DNA from: Chloroflexota bacterium
GTDB lineage: Bacteria > Chloroflexota > Anaerolineae > DTLA01
DNA: 64,000 nucleotides
Direction of reading: 5' to 3'
NCBI GenBank assembly: GCA_014360805.1
Contig: JACIWU010000003.1
Span: 5,020-69,019, forward strand
Made by a program: the position numbers and the translations under genes. The notes under the pieces are model-generated. The model was given only the letters and a program-made list of their open reading frames with translations, ran no database searches and was not told the DNA's origin. This document shows positions 18,250 to 26,700 of the stretch, piece after piece (position 1 is the stretch's first letter; each line of letters begins with the position of its first letter).

Positions 18250-19182
18250 GTGAAGAAAGGGTGGATGTGGACAATTGCAGCCCTGGCGGGGCTGCTCGCC
18301 CTGGAGGGGGCGGCACGGGTGCTGTCGCGGCCCTGGCCGACGCTGGCCGACTTCGCGCTGCGCCGCGAGACCCTGGCGGGCGCAGGGGCCAGGCGCGCCC
18401 CGACCCGCGTCCTCCTCGTCGGCGATTCTATCGTGTACGGGCACGAGGTCTCGGCTCACGACGCCTACCCCACGGTGATCGCAAATCTGTGGGGGGCGGC
18501 GCATCCCGACCTCCCCGTCGCGTTTATCAACGGCGGCGCGAACGGGCTGACGACAATGCACGGGGTGCAGTTGCTGCCCCTTCTGCTGCGCACTTTCCGA
18601 CCGCAGGTGGTGGTCATCGCCTTCGGGCTGAACGACGCCAACCTGGCGCGGTCGTACAGCGACGCGCGGCTGGAGGCGGCCTTTGCCGCGCCGACGTGGG
18701 TTCGGGCCATGCGCCATTCCCGCCTGTTCGTCGGCCTGGAACGGCGCTGGCGCAGATGGCAGGCGCAATACGCCGCGTGGGAGGGCAAGCGGTGGGAGCC
18801 GCGCGTCTCCGAGGGAATCTTCGCCCAGGCGCTGGACTGGATGGGTCGGCGGGCAGAGCGAGCGGGGGCGCGGGTCGTGTTTCTGACCACCACGCCGCTG
18901 GCGCCAGAGTTTCGGCCCGAATTGGACGCCGCGTCGCGCCTGGAGTTGCGGCGGTCGTGCGACGCCTACAATGCGCGGGTGCGGGCGGTGGCGTCGGCGC
19001 GGCGCGCGCGCCTGCTGGACGTGTACGCCCAACTCCGCCTCCCGCCTGGCGACTGGCTGGCGGATGGCGTCCACCTGAGCGCGAGCGGGTATCGCAAACT
19101 CGCCGCGTATGTGCATGAGCGCCTGGAGCCGCTGTTGCTTGGCCTGCCCGCCTGCGAAGAACCGACGGGGGTTGTCCGATGA
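18250..19182 (+). CDS. SGNH/GDSL hydrolase, N-terminal membrane anchor
   Basis: VGDSIVYG, NGGANG, FGLNDA, DGVHLS blocks. Confidence 0.88.
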   Translation: MKKGWMWTIAALAGLLALEGAARVLSRPWPTLADFALRRETLAGAGARRAPTRVLLVGDSIVYGHEVSAHDAYPTVIANLWGAAHPDLPVAFINGGANGLTTMHGVQLLPLLLRTFRPQVVVIAFGLNDANLARSYSDARLEAAFAAPTWVRAMRHSRLFVGLERRWRRWQAQYAAWEGKRWEPRVSEGIFAQALDWMGRRAERAGARVVFLTTTPLAPEFRPELDAASRLELRRSCDAYNARVRAVASARRARLLDVYAQLRLPPGDWLADGVHLSASGYRKLAAYVHERLEPLLLGLPACEEPTGVVR

Positions 19183-19823
19183 CCAAGCGCAAACTGGTGC
19201 TGCGGGAAGTATCCGACCCGCGCGTCCTGGCGGCGATGGAAGCCGTGCCGCGCCACCGATTCGTGCCGGCGCAGTACGCCGAGGACGCCTATGACGATCA
19301 CCCGCTCCCCATCGGCTACGGCCAGACGATTTCCCAACCGTACATCGTGGCCCTGATGACTCAGTTGCTGGAACTCAAGGGGCACGAGAAGGTGCTGGAA
19401 ATCGGCGCAGGCTCCGGCTATCAGGCGGCGATCCTGTCCCTGCTGGCCCGCGAGGTATTCACCGTGGAGCGCATCCCGCAACTGGCCGAGAAGGCCCGCG
19501 AGCGGTTGAGCGAACTAGGGTATCGCAACGTGCACATTCGCATCGGCGACGGCTACGAGGGCTGGCCCGAGCACGCCCCCTACGATGCCATCATCGTAAC
19601 GTGCGCGGCGGAGGAGGTACCCCCGCCCCTGATTGAGCAACTGGCCGACGGCGGCCGCCTGGTCATCCCCGTGGGCGAGTCGGGCTGGTCCCAGCGGCTG
19701 ATGCTGTTGCGCAAGCGCGGCGCCGAGTTGGAGCAGCGCGAGATCGCCGGCGTGGTGTTCGTGCCCCTGGTGCGCGGCGTCGCGCAGCCGCCGGAAAACG
19801 CAGGAGGTCCCGATGAATCTTGA
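19179..19823 (+). CDS. pcm: Protein-L-isoaspartate O-methyltransferase
   Basis: VPRHRFV, GQTISQPYIVA, VLEIGAGSGYQAA, APYDAI, QLADGGRLVIPVG, FVPLV. Confidence 0.95.
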   Translation: MTKRKLVLREVSDPRVLAAMEAVPRHRFVPAQYAEDAYDDHPLPIGYGQTISQPYIVALMTQLLELKGHEKVLEIGAGSGYQAAILSLLAREVFTVERIPQLAEKARERLSELGYRNVHIRIGDGYEGWPEHAPYDAIIVTCAAEEVPPPLIEQLADGGRLVIPVGESGWSQRLMLLRKRGAELEQREIAGVVFVPLVRGVAQPPENAGGPDES

Positions 19824-22119
19824 CGAGACGTACATCCGCGACCGGTTGATTCTGCACGGCAAGCGGGGGACGGTTACGTTCGTCTTCCAGGCCGTGCCGC
19901 TGATCCAGCAGGCTTCGGCGCGATTGGAATACCGCGCGGGCAGCGAGCGCCGCGTCCTGGAGATTGCGGGGCCAAACGCCGCGCTGGAGGTGCAACGGGA
20001 CCACATCCGCTGGGAGCGCAGCGACGACCATGTTCGGCTCCGTTGGTACATCCACCTGGGCGACGACCTGGAAGTCGTCGTGGAGGCGCAGAACGTCGGG
20101 GCGACGCCCGTGAACCTGGACTGCCTGGCCGTCCTGGACGTGCGGCAGGACAACGGCGGCGCTGTGAACCTGGGCGCCGACCCTAGGCGGTGGTCGTTCT
20201 ACAAGCACGGGTGGCAGTCCTGGTCTCCCACCTTCGCCCGCCACATCGGGGATGGGATTTATGTCAACCCAGGTGGCGAGGAATACGACCGCAAGCACAC
20301 CCCTCACCCGAACTCGGGCACCGAGGACTTCCAGAGCGAATGGTTCACCGTGCTGCACGACCTGGACGGGGGGATGTCGGCGCTGCTGGGTTTCGTGGAC
20401 GGCCGCCATGCCCTCGCGGATGTGGCGCTGTGCCTGGACGGGCGCTCGTTCCGGCGGCTCGCCGCGACGTGCTACGCCGACGGCGTCGCGCTGGCGCCCG
20501 GCGAGCGGTTCCTGTCCGAGCCGCTCATGGTGGCCTTCTCCGATGACCCGCTGCGCCTGCTGGAGCATTACGCCGACCGCGTCGCGGCGCGCATGAACGC
20601 GCGAGTCCCCTCCCGCATCCCCACCGGTTGGTGCACGTGGTACTACTTCTACGGCGAGAACTCGGCGGAGGACGTGCTGGCCAACGCGGCGCAGATTCGC
20701 AAGCACCACCTGCCCCTGGAATACGTCCTGATTGACGACGGCTACCAGCAGGCCATCGGCGACTGGCTGCGGATTGACGAGACCAAGTTCCCGCAGGGGA
20801 TGAAGGCCGTGGCCGAGGGCATCCGTGCCACAGGGCTTCGCCCGGGCATCTGGCTGGCCCCCTTTGGCGTCAGCAGCGAATCGGCGGCCTACGCCGAGCA
20901 CCCCGACTGGACCCTCAAGCGCGCTGACGGCTCGCCCGTTGTCGCCTGGCAGCATTGGGGCACGGACATCTACGCGCTGGATTTGTCCAGAGACGACGTG
21001 CTGGACTGGATTGCCCACGTCTTCCGGGTCATGGGCGACGAATGGGGCTACGACCTGTTCAAGATTGACTTCGTGTTCGCGGGGGCGATGGAGGGAATCC
21101 GCCACGATCCCGGGGTTACCCGCGCAGAAGCCTATCGGCGGGGGATTGAGCGCATACGCCAGGTCATCGGCGACCGGTTCCTGCTGGGGTGCGGCGCGCC
21201 GCAACTGCCCAGCGTGGGCGTGGTGGATGCCATGCGCATCGGCCCCGATGTCGCCTTCAACTGGGACCCCATCTGGGCCGACTTGAGCGCGCCGGCGGTG
21301 GCCAATGCGCTGCGCAACACCGCGGCCCGCTACTTCATGCATCGCCGCTGGTGGCTGAACGACGGCGACTGCGTGCTGGTGCGCATGCGCGGCGACCAGT
21401 CCGATTTGGTACTGAACGAAATGCGCACCCTGGTTACCTGCATCGCGCTGTCGGGCGGCCTGACCCTGGACAGCGACAACCTGCCCACCATCCGCCCCGG
21501 GCGGCTGAAATACCTCCGCATGGCGCTGCCGCCCTCGGGCCTGGCGGCCCGTCCGGTGGATTTGTTCCGCAACGAGAACCCGCGCCATCAGGTCCTGCAC
21601 ATGGACAAGCCCTGGGGCCAATGGTGGGTGGTGGCGCTCATGAACTGGCGGGACAAGACCGCCAGGACCGAAGTATCCCTGCGCGAACTAGGCCTTCCCG
21701 AGGGCGAGTACCACGTGTACAACTTCTGGCGGCAACGGTACGTGGGCGTCCGCTCCGACAAACTCGCCTTCCGCCGCCACCAGCCCCACGAGAGCATCGT
21801 CCTGTGCCTGAAGCCCGCCTCCGATGCGCCCGACCTGCTGACGTCCACCTTCCACGTAACCCAGGGCGCGGCGGAGATTCAGGGCGTGCAGCGTATGGTG
21901 CACGGGCCCAACGGGCAGACGCTGCGCGTGGCCCTGGAGAAAGCGGGGGCGCAGCGCGGCCAACTGGTATTCACCGCGCCTGCGCCGTGGCGCGCCAGCG
22001 AGGCCCGCGTGGATGGGCGCAAGTGGCCGTTCCGCGTGCTGGCGTCGGGGCTTGTCGCAGTCCGCCTGCGCCTGAAGGAGCGGGCGCTCGTAGAGGTGGA
22101 CTTCGTCCGAGACGAATAG
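19813..22119 (+). CDS. Alpha-galactosidase, GH36-like
   Basis: GWCTWYY, IDDGYQ, KFPQGM, GIWLAPF, FKIDF, MRIGPD, WLNDGDC. Confidence 0.88.
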   Translation: MNLDETYIRDRLILHGKRGTVTFVFQAVPLIQQASARLEYRAGSERRVLEIAGPNAALEVQRDHIRWERSDDHVRLRWYIHLGDDLEVVVEAQNVGATPVNLDCLAVLDVRQDNGGAVNLGADPRRWSFYKHGWQSWSPTFARHIGDGIYVNPGGEEYDRKHTPHPNSGTEDFQSEWFTVLHDLDGGMSALLGFVDGRHALADVALCLDGRSFRRLAATCYADGVALAPGERFLSEPLMVAFSDDPLRLLEHYADRVAARMNARVPSRIPTGWCTWYYFYGENSAEDVLANAAQIRKHHLPLEYVLIDDGYQQAIGDWLRIDETKFPQGMKAVAEGIRATGLRPGIWLAPFGVSSESAAYAEHPDWTLKRADGSPVVAWQHWGTDIYALDLSRDDVLDWIAHVFRVMGDEWGYDLFKIDFVFAGAMEGIRHDPGVTRAEAYRRGIERIRQVIGDRFLLGCGAPQLPSVGVVDAMRIGPDVAFNWDPIWADLSAPAVANALRNTAARYFMHRRWWLNDGDCVLVRMRGDQSDLVLNEMRTLVTCIALSGGLTLDSDNLPTIRPGRLKYLRMALPPSGLAARPVDLFRNENPRHQVLHMDKPWGQWWVVALMNWRDKTARTEVSLRELGLPEGEYHVYNFWRQRYVGVRSDKLAFRRHQPHESIVLCLKPASDAPDLLTSTFHVTQGAAEIQGVQRMVHGPNGQTLRVALEKAGAQRGQLVFTAPAPWRASEARVDGRKWPFRVLASGLVAVRLRLKERALVEVDFVRDE

Positions 22120-22177
22120 CCTGCCGCCGGGTTTGTGCGGCAGTGCAGGTATTCCAATTAGACCGAGGAGGGAACCG

Positions 22178-22969
22178 ATGCTCCTATGCGTGAACGTCGG
22201 CAACACCAACACCGTTGGCGGCTTGTACAAGGACGGCGAATGGGTGGCGCGGTGGCGCGTGCGCACCGAACACGACATGATGCCCGACGAGTACGCCATG
22301 CTGTGGAAGGCGCTCCTGGACGACAGGGGCTACTCCTTTCGCGACGTGCGGCGGGTAACGATTTCCAGCGTCGTGCCGCCGGTTACGGGCGCCCTGGTGG
22401 AACTGTGCGAGCGTTACTTCGGGTTCGCTCCGCTGCTCATCGGGCCGGGCATCAAGACCGGCATGCGCATACGGATTGACAACCCAGCCGAACTGGGCGC
22501 CGACCTGCTCTGCGACGCGGTGGCCGCGTATCATCGTTTTCGCACCGCCTGCATCGCCATTGACTTCGGCACGGCGACCACGTTCAGCGCCGTGGCTGAC
22601 AACGGCGATTTCATGGGGGTGTCTATCGCGCTGGGCCTGGGCCCCGCCGCAGACACCTTGGCGGGACGCACGGCGCAACTGCCCCGCATCAACCTGGTGC
22701 CGCCGCCCGCCGCCATCGGCAAGAACACCGTCCACTCCATGCAGTCGGGCCTCATCTTTGGCTACGTGGGGCTGGTAGAGGGCCTGGTCGCTCGCATGCG
22801 CTACGAACTCGGAGGCCAGGCCAAGGTGGTGGCCACCGGCGGCCTGGTGCAGGTGCTGGCGCCTTTGCTCAAATGCGTGGATGTCGTGGATCCGTGGCTG
22901 ACCCTGGATGGGGTGCGGCTGCTCAGCGAGCGGAACGCGCCGCCCGAAGGAAAAACCGGTGACGGATGA
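22178..22969 (+). CDS. coaX: Type III pantothenate kinase homolog (divergent motifs)
   Basis: NVGNT, SSVVP, LGAD, DFGTATT, IGKNT, VATGG, LTLDG. Confidence 0.85.
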   Translation: MLLCVNVGNTNTVGGLYKDGEWVARWRVRTEHDMMPDEYAMLWKALLDDRGYSFRDVRRVTISSVVPPVTGALVELCERYFGFAPLLIGPGIKTGMRIRIDNPAELGADLLCDAVAAYHRFRTACIAIDFGTATTFSAVADNGDFMGVSIALGLGPAADTLAGRTAQLPRINLVPPPAAIGKNTVHSMQSGLIFGYVGLVEGLVARMRYELGGQAKVVATGGLVQVLAPLLKCVDVVDPWLTLDGVRLLSERNAPPEGKTGDG

Positions 22970-23615
22970 AACAGCGCCCAAGCGGGGCGAAGAGGAATCG
23001 CCCGTTTACCTGCGCCCCCTCACCGAAGAGGATGCGGAGATCGCCTACGCCTGGTGGCGGGACCCCATCGTGCAGGGGTTGAGCGGCGCGCCGCTGGGGC
23101 CGCGCGACCCCGAAGAGTTCCGCCGCTTCTTCGTGGAACGCTACGTCCGCCCCAACCCACGGCGCATCGCCGCGGGCATCGTCGTCAAGGAAACGGGCAA
23201 ACTCATCGGCCTGTGCGTGGCTCACATTGACCCGGACTTCCGCGAGGCCGAATACGGCATCAAGATCGGCGACCGCTCTTCGTGGGGGAAGGGCTACGGC
23301 ACGGCCGCCACCCGCGCCTTCGTAGACCAGGTGTTTGAGACCACCGACATAGACTCCATCTACGGCCTCGTGGAACTGACCAACGAGCGCGCCAAGCGCA
23401 CGCTCATCTCGGCGGGGTTCCGCATCTGCTGCCTGCTGTACAACCGCGAGTTCCTGCGCGTGGACCTGACGCGGTACGAGTGGGAATGCGACAAGCGCCG
23501 CCAGGCCCAAGCCGCCCCCAGCCCGAGCCGCGCAGGGGGAACGGCATCCGCGAATAACACGAATCCACACGAGTGGGGAACGGCATCCACGAATAACACG
23601 AATCCACACGAATAA
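22959..23615 (+). CDS. GNAT N-acetyltransferase (RimJ/RimL-like)
   Basis: YLRPLTEED, EYGIKIGDRSSWGKGYGT, NERA. The C-terminal tail is encoded by a repeat. Confidence 0.82.
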   Translation: MTDETAPKRGEEESPVYLRPLTEEDAEIAYAWWRDPIVQGLSGAPLGPRDPEEFRRFFVERYVRPNPRRIAAGIVVKETGKLIGLCVAHIDPDFREAEYGIKIGDRSSWGKGYGTAATRAFVDQVFETTDIDSIYGLVELTNERAKRTLISAGFRICCLLYNREFLRVDLTRYEWECDKRRQAQAAPSPSRAGGTASANNTNPHEWGTASTNNTNPHE

Positions 23616-23657
23616 ATAGGGGAGACACGTGCGACGCATCTCCGAGGTGCGTCGCAC
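23534..23657. repeat. CACGAAT-family tandem repeat plus GTGCGACGCA palindrome
   Basis: Two copies of ggggaacggcatccRcgaataacacgaatccacacga, then gtgcgacgcatctccgaggtgcgtcgcac (23629-23657). Confidence 0.8.
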
Positions 23658-23728
23658 ATGCTTTCAGCCCCTTGCCGTCCGCGCGGAGAGCGAGATAGGG
23701 GCGACCAGTGAGCCGCCCCTGCCGTCCA

Positions 23729-26700
23729 TCACGGGGTTACGGTGAACTTCGCGCCTCCGCTCCGCCCGAACGTCTCGGGGAAGTACATCTCGTAGGCCAC
23801 CGCCGGCATGACCAGGAACTCGCCCGGCACGCTGGCCCGCAGCAGGTACGTGTACTCATACGTGCCCGCGGGCACCGACGTGGCGAACAGCGCGACCTTC
23901 TCGTCGCGAATCTCGGTGTGCGAGAAGACCCACCAGCCCCACACGTCCTCCTCGCCCGTCCGGCGGAACTGCGGCTGCTCCAGCAGTTGGCTGGTCGTCC
24001 GCAGGCTGGTATCCACCGCCTCCGTGCCGCCTGGAATCGGATCTTCCACCACCAGGTAGTGCAGCGAACTCGGCGCGATGACCGTGAGTTTCACGCGGAT
24101 GATGTCGCCGACCCTGGCCGTGGCGACTTCCCGGGTCGGGTCATCCGCCAGCGTGTACTGGCGCAGGACGATGACCCCGCGATTCAGCGGGCCTACCTGC
24201 TCCACCGGCAGGTAGTACTTCAGCGCGGCGGAATAGTACAGCGCGCCTTTCTCGGCCTGCCCGCCCGTCAACGGCGACCGCTCCACGATCACGCGGTTGC
24301 CCACATCCTTCAGCAAATCCTTGAGCGGGATGCTGACCACGCGCGGGGCATCCACGGTGTCGGGCCGCACATCGCCCGCCAGCACGCGCTTCCCGTTGAG
24401 GCCGACCTGATACCGGTACTCGCCCTCCAACTCGCCGGTCTGGGCGGCGTAATCGGTCAGGGCCATGAGCGCCCATGCGTTCTCCTGCGTGGTGCCCCAG
24501 CGCCCGTCCTGGCGCGCGGCCATGAGCCAGCGAACCGCATTGGGCAGCAGCGCGTTGTCGGGCGTAAGGCGCACCAGCGCCCGCAACACGATGGCCGTGC
24601 TGCGCACGTCGGTGTTCATCAAGAAGCGGTCGGTCTGGGCCTCCTCCCAGTGAGCACCCGTGGCGCTCAAGACCGCCTGTCCGTTGAGTTCGGCCAGCAG
24701 CGCGCGCACCTGGCCTGCGTGAGCATCGCCGGCGGCCTGCAGGGCCTGCGCCAGGAACGCCTTGCCGTAGTGTCCGAGAAGATGCCGCTTCTCAAACAGG
24801 GCCACGGATCGGGCGGTGTCGCCCGCGCCGAACTCGCTCAGGACGTACAGGATGAAGGCCTGTTCGTTGGCCGCTGTTGCATCCTGGACGCCCGCCACGT
24901 CCAGCGAGGACTTCAGGAATCGCACGGCCCGCTCCATGACCGACGAGTCCACGCCAAATCCGGCGCGTCTGGCCTCATTCAGCCCCAGCAGCACGTAGGC
25001 CGTGATGTAGGGGTGGCTTTGCTCGGTGTACCACCACCCCCAACCCCCGTCCACGTTCTGCGAGGCGTACAGTTTCTGCAAGCCCACCGCCACCAGGTCG
25101 GGCAGTTTGGCCTCCAACTCCTCATTGCGCACGCCAAGCCGCTTGTAGGCTTGCCACGCCGCCACGTTGGGCAGGAATCGGCTCACCGTCTGCTCGGCGC
25201 ACTCGTAGGGGAAGTGCTCCAGGTAACCCAGGGCATCCTTCATGCCGGCCACGAGGGACGGATCCAGCCGCACGGTGAAGTCGCCCTGCGAAGGCTCGTA
25301 CACATCCGGCAACTGCACGATCTCCACCTGCTGCTCGCCCGCGCGGACTTCGCCCGCGGTGGCCACGACTTCCGGCGTCGTGAAGTGATAGACCGGTAGC
25401 GTGAGGGCGATGGCGTCCTCCAGCCCGCCCCCCGCGGCGCGCACGGACACCGTAACCTGCTCGTCGGCCCCGATGGTGCCGTTCCACGTGAGTTTCTGGA
25501 GACCCCTGGCCGGGATGTCCACGCTCTCGGTGCGGCCGAAGTCCGAACGCTCGCCGCGGACGGCCACCTGCACCTGCACGCGCAGCGCCTGGTCGGTGTT
25601 GTTGTGGACGATGGCGGCCAATTCCGGCTTGTCGCCGATGACGAAGAAGCGCGGCGCCACCACGCGCACCAGCAGGGGCTTGGTAACCACGATGTCCGAT
25701 GTGGACGAACCAACCTGCGTGTTGGCCGTCGCGCCGTCGGCCACCATGCGCCACGTGGTCAGCGAGTCGGGCAAGTTGACCGCAACCGTGGCCCTGCCTG
25801 CGGCGTCGGTGCGCAGCGCAGGCTCCCAGAAGGCGGTGTCGGGGAAGTAGGTGCGGGCTGTCATGGCTCCCTCAGCACCGCCCCCGCCCTTGCCTTCGGG
25901 CGCAGGCTCGGCCTCGCGCTCGGCCACGGCAAGGGTCAGACTGGCGGCCGTCCGGATGCCAAGCCCGCGCTTGCGATAGAAGAAGTCCAGGATGTCCGGG
26001 CCGGGCCGCTGCGCCAGCGCCAGCACCGAAGCGTCCACCAGCGCCAGCGACACCTCGGCGGGCACGCCCTGTCCGTTGGCGTCCAGCGTCTCCACGGTGA
26101 ACTGCGCCGTGTCGCGCGGGCCATAGGCTCCCGCACGGTCGGGGGTAACCCGAATCGTGAGATGCTTCTCGGCGGCGGACACCTGCAGCGCCACGTAGCC
26201 CACCCGGAACGACGCGAACGGTTCGGCCGCACCCTTGCCCTTCACAAGCACCACCGATACGTAGGCGTTGGGAATCAGATCTTCGGTGATGGGAATATCC
26301 ACCTGGTCGCTGTTGGTCTGCAGCGTCAGCACGCGATACGAGAGGATTCCGGCCCGCTCCACGGTGAGGAGCGCCATCACCGGCCCCTGGAAGGGGCTGG
26401 GGACGAGGATGTGCGCCGTTTCCCCAGGTGCGTAACTCTTCTTGTCGGCGATGAGTTCCATGCGGTTGTTGTTCTCCATGCGCCACGACACGTACTCATC
26501 GCCCACGCCCGACACCCACAGGTACGTGGCGCTGCGGACTTCGTTGCCGCGTGCGTCGCGCCCCAGCGCCAGCACTCGGTAACTGCCGCCCTCCGGCGGG
26601 ACAAAGGACGCCACCGCCGCGCCCTTGTCGTCTGTCGTGATCGTCTGTGTGAATACCGGCGTGTCGGTGAAGCGCGTCGTCCAGTAGAACCCGCCATCGG

